This document shows, piece after piece, positions 1 through 9,218 of a DNA stretch of 37,419 nt (positions are counted from its first letter, which is position 1; each line of letters starts with the position of its first letter). Where the stretch lies: the UHGV virus genome UHGV-0125336, one strand, 5' to 3'. The notes under the pieces were generated by a model. The model was not told the origin of the DNA. It made no database searches and saw nothing but the letters and a program-made list of their open reading frames with translations. This DNA is from a virus. Made by a program: the position numbers and the translations under genes.

Positions 1-239
1 AAATCCTTTTATATCAAAAGATTAAACCACTATTATTTTCCTCAACAAGGATTTTTAACCCTTTTTCAGTCTCTGACAATCTAAGGCTCCTTTATCAACA
101 AACGCCCATTTGCAAACTGCTGTTTAATCTGAAAAAAAACATTAATAATCATACAGATAACAACATAACCATTTAGACGGGCAATACTGAAAAATTGTTA
201 TTCAGTATCGCCCTTTAAGCCGTTTCAGGCTATATAAAA

Positions 240-1244
240 TTAATCCCCCGTGGACACTGCGTGGACACTTACGCCACCTTTCAGCGGATTAAGGGCCACC
301 GCATCCTGCAGGTAATCCGGTGCAAAATGCGCATATGCCATTGTTTGCTGAATGGTTGCGTGACCAAGAATCTTCTGAAGCGCAATAATGTTTCCTCCGT
401 TCATCACAAAATGGCTGGCGAACGTATGCCGCAGCACATGTGCAGCCTGGCCTTTTGGTAAATCGGGCTTAACTCTTTTCAGCGCCAGGCAGAATTCCCG
501 GTACTTCACCTCAAACAAGCCGCCTGTTTCTCTGGTTTTGATCGCCTCACAAACTGCCTGCGAAATTGGCACTGTTCTCTTCCGGCCATTTTTGGTTTCA
601 AGAAACGTTACACGGTTATGAACTATCTGTTCACCACGAAGCTTACAAGCTTCACTCCAGCGCGCCCCTGTGCTTAAACACAAAAGCGCAACACGCCAGT
701 AGTCGCCCTCCAGTGTATCGAGCAATAGCGCCACTTCCTTCTGTGACAGGAACGCCATTTCTCGTGGAGATACATAAAGAATAGAAATTCCCCTTACTGG
801 ATGTTCTGCATCCCAAAGACCTATTTTTTTCAGCACGGTAAACATTCCGGATAACCGATTCATGTACCTGTTAGCAGATGACGGTTTCAATCCTTCAGCT
901 ATCTTTTGAGAACGCCACGCGATAATTTTCAGCTTATCAAGATCCACAGCCTGCATATCAGCGCCAAGCTCATTGATTATGTTGCGCAGTTGTTTTCGGT
1001 CTTCTTCCGCCTTACGCCTGTGCTGGCCGTGATACATCCACCACAACTCAAGCAAATCATTTAGCGTTCGACGATCACGGTAGCCCTGTATATATTCCCG
1101 CTTTTCAGCGTTCGCCATGATGTAGCGTTCAGTGGCCACCGCTACCGATTTTTTGTCAAATACCTTACGCACGCGCTTTCCCTTGCGTCCGTTCGGCCTG
1201 ATGTCCAGCAAATAACGACCATCTTCGAGCTTCTTAATCGACAT
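240..1244 (-). CDS. int: Tyrosine integrase, P2 Int-like (site-specific recombinase)
   Basis: Translation from ATG at 1244 (MSIKKLEDGRY...) matches P2 Int as recalled, including the C-terminal HxLRHTFASH...ILGH...YAHF catalytic region. GGAGGG RBS 8 nt upstream. The ORF-track start at 1259 is probably 5 codons too far upstream. Confidence 0.9.
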   Translation of the reverse strand: MSIKKLEDGRYLLDIRPNGRKGKRVRKVFDKKSVAVATERYIMANAEKREYIQGYRDRRTLNDLLELWWMYHGQHRRKAEEDRKQLRNIINELGADMQAVDLDKLKIIAWRSQKIAEGLKPSSANRYMNRLSGMFTVLKKIGLWDAEHPVRGISILYVSPREMAFLSQKEVALLLDTLEGDYWRVALLCLSTGARWSEACKLRGEQIVHNRVTFLETKNGRKRTVPISQAVCEAIKTRETGGLFEVKYREFCLALKRVKPDLPKGQAAHVLRHTFASHFVMNGGNIIALQKILGHATIQQTMAYAHFAPDYLQDAVALNPLKGGVSVHAVSTGD

Positions 1245-1340
1245 TACGAAGCCCTCCAATGAACCGCTCTACAATTTCTCCAGCCTCTTTCCAGCAATAA
1301 TCAGACCAGACAAAAAGCAGGTCTAACCAGTTTTCTGGCC

Positions 1341-1661
1341 TCAGCGGGATAATTTTTGGATTGTTTCGGTTGAAACGCGATCTCCCTCCGAATTGCAGGA
1401 ACCATCAAGAGAGAGAGCCGGAGAAATTTGCCCGACCTCCGGCATCGTTTCATCTGTTGATAACCAATAAGCATACTTCTTAAATTTAGGGTGTTTCGTA
1501 ACCTTAAGTAAGGCACCCTCTGTTACTTGCTTCCCCCTCACCTCATAGTTAGTTACCGTCCCATAAGGCAGCCCAACACAATCCGCAAACTCCTGGCGGG
1601 TCATACCTTCTGCTTCACGAATCAGGCGAAATTTTTCACCCATGCTTGACAAAGATGCCAT
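1341..1661 (-). CDS. C: Immunity repressor, P2 C-like
   Basis: Segment ...FADCVGLPYGTVTNYE...KFKKYAYWL...GQISPAL aligns with recalled P2 C (LADLTGVPYGTLSYYE...QFTKYTLWF...GQIAPAL). Placed between int and cox, divergent from cox as in P2. Start chosen at MASLSS; upstream ATGs at 1670 and 1715 are possible. Confidence 0.8.
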   Translation of the reverse strand: MASLSSMGEKFRLIREAEGMTRQEFADCVGLPYGTVTNYEVRGKQVTEGALLKVTKHPKFKKYAYWLSTDETMPEVGQISPALSLDGSCNSEGDRVSTETIQKLSR

Positions 1662-1720
1662 ATCGGGCATATCCTCCATCGCAACATGCCACATCGGGCA
1701 CAAACATAAAAACACTCAAA

Positions 1721-1750
1721 TAAGCCGATATAAGCCATTTTGAGCCATTC
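1721..1750. promoter_or_regulatory. Candidate operator: three direct repeats at exact 10-bp phasing in the C/cox divergent promoter region
   Basis: TAAGCCGATA (1721), TAAGCCATTT (1731), TGAGCCATTC (1741). Sits between the C start and the cox start, where P2 has Pe/Pc and the C operators. Confidence 0.4.
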
Positions 1751-1774
1751 GAACGAATTAGGGAGATTACCACA

Positions 1775-2062
1775 ATGAGCGAATCAGAGCTTGGGGGGTT
1801 CATTCAGGTAGCACCATATCCACTTGAAGCGGTGCCATATCAACTATTCGCCAAGATGATCGGCCGCAAGGAATCCACAGTCAGAACCATGATTGACGCA
1901 GCAAAGCTACCGACAATTGACTTTGTGAAACCAGGTTCAGTAAAGACGCGTGCATCAGAAAACTGGGTATATCTGCCAGCATTTAACGAAGGCATGCGCA
2001 AAGCGTTTTTTGAGCAACCGAAAGAACGCCGCGACGCATGGTTGTTGTGGCTGGGACTTTAG
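1775..2062 (+). CDS. cox: Cox-like excisionase/early regulator
   Basis: ...PYQLFAKMIGRKESTVRTMIDAAKLPTIDF...NWVYLPAFNEGMRKAFFEQPKERRDAWLLWLGL matches recalled P2 Cox (...PYQEFAKLIG...RRMIDKGKLPVIDM...YWVYLPAWNNG...RPKEIRDGWLMWLGL). Confidence 0.85.
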   Translation: MSESELGGFIQVAPYPLEAVPYQLFAKMIGRKESTVRTMIDAAKLPTIDFVKPGSVKTRASENWVYLPAFNEGMRKAFFEQPKERRDAWLLWLGL

Positions 2063-2068
2063 TCATAA

Positions 2069-2275
2069 ATGACCAGCCATATCATCAGCGCCATTCTGAC
2101 CCTTGTTTTTATTGAGATAGGCGTAATAGAGATCTATTTGTTTCGCAAGTTAACGGGACATGAAGAACGCTTTATTGAACTCAGCATTGAATATATCGCC
2201 GCTTATACCAAAGGACTTTTCCCGGCAGCTATTGGGGCGATGTTTATAGCGTTTGTTATCTGGTTTATCGGGTGA
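2069..2275 (+). CDS. Small hydrophobic (membrane) protein, unknown function
   Basis: 68-aa ORF directly after cox. Two hydrophobic stretches (ISAILTLVFIEIGVIEI and AAIGAMFIAFVIWFIG). No recognised family. Confidence 0.45.
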   Translation: MTSHIISAILTLVFIEIGVIEIYLFRKLTGHEERFIELSIEYIAAYTKGLFPAAIGAMFIAFVIWFIG

Positions 2276-2418
2276 GAAACCTGACAACCCACAACTACTG
2301 CAATGAGGGTAATTATGTGTGGCATGGACAAATTGGACCTTATGTTAATTGTAATACTATCAATTAACTTCGGTTACCTCTTAAGCGGCGCAATTCTCAT
2401 GTGCGGAGGCAAACGAAA

Positions 2419-2526
2419 ATGAACCAGCAGTCCGCAAAACGTGAAAACAATGCGATGCGATTTAATCGCAAATATTTTGAGTTCGGCCTCTATGCCGGAA
2501 TAATTAAATCTGTACAGAGTCTTTAA
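2419..2526 (+). CDS. Small ORF (35 aa), hypothetical
   Basis: ATG 9 nt after a GGAGG RBS (2405-2409). Stop sits 1 nt before the start of the next gene. Not in the ORF track because it is under 60 aa. Confidence 0.3.
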   Translation: MNQQSAKRENNAMRFNRKYFEFGLYAGIIKSVQSL

Positions 2527-2527
2527 C

Positions 2528-2869
2528 ATGAAACAGCAACGTAATTCACGCTTTCGCAATGGTGCAGAACGCCACGCTAACCGTTTTGCTACCAGTGCAT
2601 CACGCAGCAACATCCGCTACAGCCTGAGTGATACACACGCAACGCCGGATGGCTACCCAGTAAAACAAATCGGCGAGCATGCCTGGCTGATTGAGAAAGC
2701 TGGAATCGTGATCCACAAATGCCCACGCAATCCGTTTACCGGAAACCGCATTTTTGCTCTAAGCAGTGGCGACAATCAGTTCGGGCAGGATTTCACATTA
2801 TACGAAGCACTTCGCACGGTTGATCGTCTGCTTCGCGGGCAAAGTTTTATTAAACAGGCTGATTTATAA
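2528..2869 (+). CDS. Phage early protein, unknown function
   Basis: 113-aa ORF in the early operon between cox and A. No recognised family. Confidence 0.55.
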   Translation: MKQQRNSRFRNGAERHANRFATSASRSNIRYSLSDTHATPDGYPVKQIGEHAWLIEKAGIVIHKCPRNPFTGNRIFALSSGDNQFGQDFTLYEALRTVDRLLRGQSFIKQADL

Positions 2870-2879
2870 CAGGTGCTTT

Positions 2880-3167
2880 ATGACCAAAGACCATGCACAA
2901 GGTGTATTTATCCGTTTTATTGATTTTCGCGGTGAACTGTTATTACGTGCATCCGCTATTGACGGAGTAACTCCGGCGGGTAAAAACGGAGCCGACGAAG
3001 CCACTTACGTTTATCTGAACGGTACGCGACTGCTTTTGGAACTTCCGTACCAGACCGTACGAGAAATCATTAGCGAAGCTGAAAAGGCACGCCAGGTTAA
3101 TGGCGATGAACCCTATATCGAAATTATTTGTATGGATTCAGAAGCTGAAATACAGAAAGCAGATTAA
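2880..3167 (+). CDS. Phage early protein, unknown function
   Basis: The ORF-track frame 2766..3167 overlaps the previous gene. The first ATG clear of that gene is 2880 (MTKDHAQGVF...). Confidence 0.5.
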   Translation: MTKDHAQGVFIRFIDFRGELLLRASAIDGVTPAGKNGADEATYVYLNGTRLLLELPYQTVREIISEAEKARQVNGDEPYIEIICMDSEAEIQKAD

Positions 3168-3178
3168 AGGGCGTTGTG

Positions 3179-3421
3179 ATGGGCAAAGAATATAAAACTC
3201 TCATTAACAAAGCACTTGAGCGTTTTTATTTTCGCTTAAGTGCATCAGGCGCTCATGCTGAACGTGCGGCCCGTGACTCATTGACCAGAGCAATCCGAAG
3301 TCTGTATGACGTGGCTTTTTACGCTGATGATCTGGATGCACTTAACGAACTTTCCGAGCTGATCTGTGCCGCAGAGTGCGGGGAACATATTGAACCGTAT
3401 AAGCTGGGGAATATCGCATGA
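3179..3421 (+). CDS. Phage early protein, unknown function
   Basis: 80-aa ORF (MGKEYKTLINKALERF...) in the early operon. Confidence 0.5.
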   Translation: MGKEYKTLINKALERFYFRLSASGAHAERAARDSLTRAIRSLYDVAFYADDLDALNELSELICAAECGEHIEPYKLGNIA

Positions 3422-3531
3422 GTATATTTATCTCATGGCTTGTTCTGATTATTTCGGTGGCCTGCGCTATTGGGATTATGCGAATTATTCATTCAATAAA
3501 AAAGATTGAACGCTTTTTCACTGGCGAATAA
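3418..3531 (+). CDS. Small membrane peptide (37 aa), hypothetical
   Basis: ATGA start/stop overlap with the upstream gene suggests translational coupling. Single hydrophobic helix (IFISWLVLIISVACAIGIM). Under 60 aa, so absent from the ORF track. Confidence 0.4.
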   Translation: MSIFISWLVLIISVACAIGIMRIIHSIKKIERFFTGE

Positions 3532-3616
3532 CAGAGCAAATAAAACCACAGATTAAATAAGAAAATGTAAAACAATCCGCATTCGCGGAGGTATTCGCAC
3601 ACGCCAAGGAGGCGTA

Positions 3617-3820
3617 ATGGCAATTAAGCATTTTCCTGTCGTTCGTTTTACCTCCAGAGGGCGTGAATACGAAGTCGACGAACGCCTGATTACCACAATC
3701 GACAAACACCGTTCAGAAAAGGATGCACATCACATCTATCTCACTGACGGCACTTACTTCTGCGCCACGAATGTGGTGCGGGTGAACCTTATCCGACAGG
3801 TACAGGAGTCACGCAGATGA
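3617..3820 (+). CDS. Phage early protein, unknown function
   Basis: 67-aa ORF preceded by AAGGAGG. Confidence 0.5.
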   Translation: MAIKHFPVVRFTSRGREYEVDERLITTIDKHRSEKDAHHIYLTDGTYFCATNVVRVNLIRQVQESRR

Positions 3821-4062
3821 CCATTCTGGACTATATCGCCGCCAATCCGGGGTGTAGCGGTGGAGAAATCGCCGCAGCACTGAATACCCCAACCACAGCC
3901 ATTAATGTGGAGTTACGCCGACTCTGGCGCAGCGGTTCAGTCATAAGAAAAGAGCGCAAAACAGGCGGTCGCTTTTCTTACCAGATAAACCCGATGCCGT
4001 TCGGGTGCGGCAATCCACTTACCAACATGTTTAACCAGCTACTGAAGGAAGCCAGAGCATGA
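3817..4062 (+). CDS. Small phage protein, possible winged-helix DNA-binding fold
   Basis: MTILDYIAANPGCSGGEIAAALNTPTTAINVELRRLWRSGSVIRK resembles a wHTH pattern. Start overlaps the stop of the upstream ORF. Confidence 0.5.
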   Translation: MTILDYIAANPGCSGGEIAAALNTPTTAINVELRRLWRSGSVIRKERKTGGRFSYQINPMPFGCGNPLTNMFNQLLKEARA

Positions 4063-4358
4063 GCGCCATCAACCACCAGGAATTACGCGAACTGGCGACT
4101 GACCTGCAACGAATGGCAACGCCTCAAAAATTACTGGCGTTTCGCGCAATGCTCTCGCCGTCTGCTGTGCTGGCGCTGCTGGATGAGCTGGAGCACGCCA
4201 GAACCACACCTCTCGCCATTCGCCTGACGCTCCGTCATGAAATCGAGGATTTCTGCGCGACGTTGGAGGCGCCAGGCGAACCGGAAACGCCGGAAGCAAT
4301 ACAGCAAGAGCTGCTGCAACGCATTGACAAGGTTTTTGATTTTTTTCTGAACCACTAA
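4059..4358 (+). CDS. Phage early protein, unknown function
   Basis: 99-aa acidic, helical ORF. Start overlaps the upstream stop. Confidence 0.5.
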   Translation: MSAINHQELRELATDLQRMATPQKLLAFRAMLSPSAVLALLDELEHARTTPLAIRLTLRHEIEDFCATLEAPGEPETPEAIQQELLQRIDKVFDFFLNH

Positions 4359-4480
4359 GAAACCAGAACATGCACACACAAAAAAACCGCTTGCCATGCC
4401 GCAATCAGTCAGGTTACATTTCCGCTGCACCTCACAAAACGGGTGCCGGGTTTCGCAGCCTGCTGACTACACAAGCGCAC

Positions 4481-4502
4481 AACCGCGCCAGCGGTTTTTT
4501 TG
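4481..4502 (+). terminator. Candidate intrinsic terminator inside the early operon
   Basis: AACCGC-GCCA-GCGGTT hairpin followed by a T7 run, within the 320-bp non-coding gap 4359..4680. Confidence 0.4.
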
Positions 4503-4680
4503 TGCGTACTGTATTGCCACGTTTTTTTCGCGTCAGAATTATGGCGGGGCGTACGGGGCCGACTTCGGTCGGGCCGGGTTCTTGTGTAGCCGGTACTGCG
4601 AACCTCGTACGTCTCGCCACCCACAGTTTCGCAGCTCTGGATGGTGAGTTTTCACAACTTACTACACAAGGGGCCACACC

Positions 4681-4911
4681 ATGGCAAACCGCAAACCACA
4701 CCGCGCTATCGCGGAGCGTCGTCACATCCAGACTGAAATCAACCGCAGACTTTCCCGCGCATCACGCGTCGCGCAAATCATGCACATCAATATGCTGCAT
4801 GAGCGCAGCCACGCACTATCAAACATTTATTCCGCCTCTGTTTTCAGCTATCTGGCGGATGATCTGCACGAGCTTCAACAGCTCATCCAGCAGCAAAACA
4901 AACTCCATTAA
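4681..4911 (+). CDS. Phage early protein, unknown function
   Basis: 76-aa ORF with AAGGGG RBS 8 nt upstream. Confidence 0.5.
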   Translation: MANRKPHRAIAERRHIQTEINRRLSRASRVAQIMHINMLHERSHALSNIYSASVFSYLADDLHELQQLIQQQNKLH

Positions 4912-4983
4912 CTCCTGTTCCGGGCCTTTCCTGCACCTTGCGGCGGGAGGCCTTCGCACATCTGTAACAAGAGGATTGCCGCA

Positions 4984-5349
4984 ATGATTCTCGCCAACGA
5001 CTTTCTTGAATACCTGCTCAACACAGAACGTGATCTTGCCGCTCGCGTGCGTGATCGTTATGACATGTACCTGAAATCCCTGCCTGTACCGCAGCTCGCT
5101 GACGGAAAGATTGTTATTGATGGTCGCTACATGATTGACAGCCACGAGGGAAATTACAGGCTTTACCGCATTGAAGGTGGCACCCCGTCCGTTATTGGCA
5201 TTTACCAGCGCCCATCCACTGCAATCGTCGATGTGATTGCCGACAGCATCCGCATCACACATCGCCATGCCGACACAGAAGACACCGTGCTGGAAATTCA
5301 GCGGCTGGCTACAGTCTGCCGCGACACCCTGAATGGCATGACGAAGTAA
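4984..5349 (+). CDS. Phage early protein, unknown function
   Basis: 121-aa ORF immediately upstream of gene A. Confidence 0.55.
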   Translation: MILANDFLEYLLNTERDLAARVRDRYDMYLKSLPVPQLADGKIVIDGRYMIDSHEGNYRLYRIEGGTPSVIGIYQRPSTAIVDVIADSIRITHRHADTEDTVLEIQRLATVCRDTLNGMTK

Positions 5350-5355
5350 ATCACT

Positions 5356-8178
5356 ATGACGGCAGAGTACATCAGGGACTGGCAACAACCGCGCCACGCA
5401 GTGGGGCGTGAAGGAACGGGGATCCCCGCTCCTGAATCCGCGCTTTCCTCCTGGCTGGATGCCTACCGGGTAGAGAACGAGCACCGCCAGGAAATGGCTG
5501 ATGCGGCGTTCTCCGCAACGCTGCTGGGCAACCTGATTAATAAAAGCCTGGACGCACAGGAAAAACAGGACAAAACCATCACACTGGCAGGAGACGCCAG
5601 AAAACAGGCACGCGGCGCGGTGGATGAAGCCATGGCCTCGCTGCGCCTGCTGCCGTCCTATCTGCGCGATCCGCTTATTCGCCACCTCTCCTTCCTGCGC
5701 AAAAAACAGGAAGCCGATCGCCGGAAAGGCAAAAAGAGCTGGCAGGCTGAACACTACGCGCGCGGAACCCTGCGCAAAATATTCGAACGTCTGGATCGCA
5801 CTGACAGACGCTGGCTGACACCGGGTTATCGCTCCCTTGCCGGACGCGAACGCCTGGACGATTTGCTTTACCTGCCGCAGCTCAACAAACACCAGATACA
5901 GACGCTGGCCACCATGACGGCGGCGATGTTCAGCAGCACCTTCGAAAAACTCTGCGATGGCTTTGGCGCGACTGATGGCGAACTGACCATGGATGTAACG
6001 CTGAAGGCGTATCAGATGCTGGCCCGCATGGCGTTACACCTGCACGCCATGCCTCCACATTATGACGCACTGACAACAGACAAAGACCGGAGGAACGAAC
6101 CGGACACGGAGCTGCTGCCGGGCGCAATCCTCCGCCTGACCTGTGCGGAATGGTGGAAACGCAAACTGTGGCTGTTACGTTGCGAGTGGAGAGAAGAACA
6201 ACTCCGCGCCGCCTGTCTGGTTTCCAGAAAAACATCGCCCTATCTGAGCCAGGACGCGTTAAGCGAGTTTCGCGCACAGCGCGAGAAAACACGCGATTTC
6301 CTGAAAAGTTTCATGCTGGAAAATGAAGACGGGTTCACGATTGATCTCGAGACGGTGTATTACGCGGGAGTAAGTAACCCGGTTCACCGTAAGGCAGAAA
6401 TGATGGCCACCATGAAGGGACTGGAACTTCTGGCCGAAGCCCGTAGCGACAGAGCGGTGTTTCTGACCGTCACCTGCCCGTCAAAATACCACGCAACAAC
6501 GGAGAACGGTCATCCGAACCCCAAATGGAACGGGGCCACCATGCGCGACTCCAGCGATTACCTGGTTAACACGTTTTTTGCGGCAGTCCGCAAAAAACTG
6601 AACCGCGACGGCCTGCGCTGGTATGGCATCCGCACGGTGGAGCCTCACCATGACGGCACCGTGCACTGGCATATGATGGTCTTTGCTCATCCGGAAGAAA
6701 TCGACAGCATCGTGGCCATCACCCGCGATATTGCCATTCAGGAAGATCGTCACGAACTGGGCGATGATATTACTCCGCGCTTTAAGGCGGAGTATGTCGA
6801 CGGCTCAAAAGGCACACCAACCAGCTATATCGCGACCTACATCGGAAAAAACCTGGACAGCCGCGCCGTAGATGGCATCGACCCGAAAACGGGCAAGCCA
6901 CGCGTTGACCACGAAACCGGAAAATCAATGGCCGAGAGCGTGGAGCGCGCCATTGGCTGGGCGCGTCTTCATCGGGTCCGCCAGTTCCAGTTCTTTGGCA
7001 TCCCCTCCCGTCAGGTATGGCGTGAACTCCGCCGCCTTGCCAGCCAGATGGCACGCAACCCGGAAGGCCCGCAACGGCTGAAGGATGATGCAATGGATGC
7101 GGTACTCGCTGCCGCTGATGCCGGGTGTTTTGCCTCCTACATTGAAAAACAGGGTGGCGTGCTTGTTCCACGCAAGGACTACCTGATTCGCACCGCCTAC
7201 GACCTCGCAGATGAGCTGAACGATTACGGCGAACAGAGCGTACAGATTTACGGGATCTGGTCACCACTCATCGGGGAATCCTCCCGTGTGTGCACGCATC
7301 CGGATAACTGGAAGCTGGTAAGACGTAAACCGGAAGCGGAAGACAGCGCCCGCGAAAATGGTTTTGACCTTCAGGGCGGCCCTGCCGCCCCTTGGACTCG
7401 TGGCAATAACTGTCCCCGTGTACAGGAAACGGACAACAACGGGACAGAACAGCCGGAAGAACGGCCAGCACCGTGGCCGCAGCTTCCTGACGGCGTTGAC
7501 GTGAACGAATGGATGCGCTCACTGAAACGGCACGAACGCCGGGCGCTGATGCGTTCGCTTCGTGACAAACAGGCAAAAAACAGCAGTGATGAAATGCAGA
7601 GCTGGACACAGAGCCGCAAACAGCAGCGGCCTTTGCCTGATAACCACGAATTACTCGCTAAAGAATGGCGGGAATCTGCCGAATCTCTCGGCCTGCATAT
7701 CGGTGAACAGCAGATGCAGCACCTGTTACGGGGCGGCAGTCTGTACGTTGACGGCAGCATCATTGCACCGCAGGGATTTGAAATTGTACGCAAACCGGAT
7801 ACCCGACCGGACAGCCGAATCACGCAGCTCTGGCAGCGCCTGAGCCGTAACCACGGCGTAAGCAGTACGGAGATCCGCCATAACCCGGTCGCCAGCTATC
7901 TGGAACAGCTGAGGGCATCAGACCCCGAAGCCGCCGCACGCCTGGCATCCACACTTCAGCAAGACCAGAACACCATGAAAACACCCGTTACCGTGCTTTC
8001 TGACATGCTGCGCGCCATCCGCGACGCAGAGCACGCACAGAGAATCAGTGAAACCACTGAACGCGCCCGCCGCAAAGCAGACCTGCTGCGGGGTGGCCTG
8101 ACCAGTGGAAACAAAAAACAGACAGAAACGGGATTCACAAATCCCGTAAATGAGCAAAAAACGCGCCGCGATATATGA
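5356..8178 (+). CDS. A: Replication initiation endonuclease, P2 gpA-like (rolling-circle)
   Basis: 940-aa ORF in the A position. Contains an HHDGTVHWHMMVF metal-binding HxH-type motif and downstream tyrosines typical of HUH rolling-circle initiators. Confidence 0.9.
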   Translation: MTAEYIRDWQQPRHAVGREGTGIPAPESALSSWLDAYRVENEHRQEMADAAFSATLLGNLINKSLDAQEKQDKTITLAGDARKQARGAVDEAMASLRLLPSYLRDPLIRHLSFLRKKQEADRRKGKKSWQAEHYARGTLRKIFERLDRTDRRWLTPGYRSLAGRERLDDLLYLPQLNKHQIQTLATMTAAMFSSTFEKLCDGFGATDGELTMDVTLKAYQMLARMALHLHAMPPHYDALTTDKDRRNEPDTELLPGAILRLTCAEWWKRKLWLLRCEWREEQLRAACLVSRKTSPYLSQDALSEFRAQREKTRDFLKSFMLENEDGFTIDLETVYYAGVSNPVHRKAEMMATMKGLELLAEARSDRAVFLTVTCPSKYHATTENGHPNPKWNGATMRDSSDYLVNTFFAAVRKKLNRDGLRWYGIRTVEPHHDGTVHWHMMVFAHPEEIDSIVAITRDIAIQEDRHELGDDITPRFKAEYVDGSKGTPTSYIATYIGKNLDSRAVDGIDPKTGKPRVDHETGKSMAESVERAIGWARLHRVRQFQFFGIPSRQVWRELRRLASQMARNPEGPQRLKDDAMDAVLAAADAGCFASYIEKQGGVLVPRKDYLIRTAYDLADELNDYGEQSVQIYGIWSPLIGESSRVCTHPDNWKLVRRKPEAEDSARENGFDLQGGPAAPWTRGNNCPRVQETDNNGTEQPEERPAPWPQLPDGVDVNEWMRSLKRHERRALMRSLRDKQAKNSSDEMQSWTQSRKQQRPLPDNHELLAKEWRESAESLGLHIGEQQMQHLLRGGSLYVDGSIIAPQGFEIVRKPDTRPDSRITQLWQRLSRNHGVSSTEIRHNPVASYLEQLRASDPEAAARLASTLQQDQNTMKTPVTVLSDMLRAIRDAEHAQRISETTERARRKADLLRGGLTSGNKKQTETGFTNPVNEQKTRRDI

Positions 8179-8226
8179 AGCGCGCATAAAACAGGCAAAA
8201 ACGGGATTTCAGAATCCCGTAAACGA
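8115..8226. repeat. Two 39-bp direct repeats, each with a 7-bp inverted repeat (ACGGGAT-N6-ATCCCGT); candidate ParR-binding centromere/operator
   Basis: Copy 1 at 8115..8153 lies inside the A 3' end. Copy 2 at 8188..8226 lies between A and the parM-like gene. Palindrome centres are 73 bp apart (about 7 helical turns). Confidence 0.45.
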
Positions 8227-8254
8227 TTAATTAATCAACATAAGGAAAAGCGAC

Positions 8255-9214
8255 ATGAAAATTTGTATCGATGACGGCTCCACCAACATCAAGCTGGCAT
8301 GGACTGAGAACGGCGAACGCCGCAACGCCATCAGCCCGAACAGCTTCAAGTCGGAATGGTCTGCGCCGTTCGGTGGCACGCAGCCCGCGAACTACATGCT
8401 TGATGGCGTGCGCTATGGTTTTGATCCGGTCAGCGATCGCTTTGTCCAGACGACTGACACGCAATACCAGTACAGCGATGTGAATGTCATTGCCATTCAT
8501 CACGCGCTGGTCAAATCAGGCATCACGCCACAGGAGGTGGATGTGGTTGTCACCCTGCCACTGAGCGAGTATTTCGACACAAACGCACAGCCGGACATAG
8601 CCAACATCAACCGCAAAAAAGCGAACGTTATGCGCCCGGTGGAGTACCAGAACGGCGAAGCATTCACTATCCGTAACGTACGGGTTATGCCTGAATCCAT
8701 TCCGGCTGGCTTTAAGGCACTGGCTGACATGAGTCCGTTTGAATCCCTGCTGATTGTGGATTTAGGCGGAACCACGCTGGATGTGGCAAAGGTTCAGGGA
8801 CAACTGGCAGGTATCAGCCAGGTGTTTTGCGATCCACACGTAGGCGTTTCCCTGATGGCCGATGCCGTACTGTCGGTGATGGCCACTAACGGTATGCGTA
8901 CCAGTCACCACATCGCCAATACCATTATCGAACATCGCCATGATGAAGCCTGGCTGCGCCAGCACATCCACAATGACGCGCATTACGCCAGCCTGATGGC
9001 GGTTATTCGTGAAAAGGAAGAAACACTGAAACAACGCGTGATCCGCGCGCTGGCGGGTTTTTCGGGTTACGGGCGGGTGATGGTTGTCGGTGGCGGGGCA
9101 GAGATTGTGGCACCCGCTATCCGCGAAGCCTGCGGAGTTAATGCGACTTTCATCGCGGACGGGGTGCCACAGTTTGCTCTGGTTAATGGGCTGTACGCAA
9201 TGGGCAAGGAGTAA
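8255..9214 (+). CDS. parM: ParM/StbA-like actin-type segregation ATPase
   Basis: Collinear similarity to plasmid R1 ParM as recalled: N-terminal IDDGSTNIKL, YSDVNV..HHAL, KKAN, VMPESIPAG, DLGGTTLD, GVSL, VGGGAE, LVNG. Confidence 0.8.
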   Translation: MKICIDDGSTNIKLAWTENGERRNAISPNSFKSEWSAPFGGTQPANYMLDGVRYGFDPVSDRFVQTTDTQYQYSDVNVIAIHHALVKSGITPQEVDVVVTLPLSEYFDTNAQPDIANINRKKANVMRPVEYQNGEAFTIRNVRVMPESIPAGFKALADMSPFESLLIVDLGGTTLDVAKVQGQLAGISQVFCDPHVGVSLMADAVLSVMATNGMRTSHHIANTIIEHRHDEAWLRQHIHNDAHYASLMAVIREKEETLKQRVIRALAGFSGYGRVMVVGGGAEIVAPAIREACGVNATFIADGVPQFALVNGLYAMGKE

Positions 9215-9218
9215 ACCA

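Noticed and set aside
1-240. Possible sRNA or tRNA integration target, or attL core, left of int
   Set aside because: AT-rich with a hairpin (185-209), but I found no tRNA-like structure and no convincing match to CyaR. I could not find a direct repeat of this region anywhere right of ogr, so the att core stays undefined.
4370-4987. 205-aa plus-strand ORF, with overlapping ORFs 4396..4647, 4409..4624 and 4432..4725, in the early non-coding gap
   Set aside because: GC-rich sequence with hairpins and a terminator. The ORFs overlap one another on both strands, lack RBSs, and have low-complexity Arg/Ser/Pro-rich translations.
4819-5892. 357-aa minus-strand ORF
   Set aside because: Lies antisense to the well-supported early gene 4984..5349 and to the start of A. 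Composition is typical of antisense-frame artefacts.
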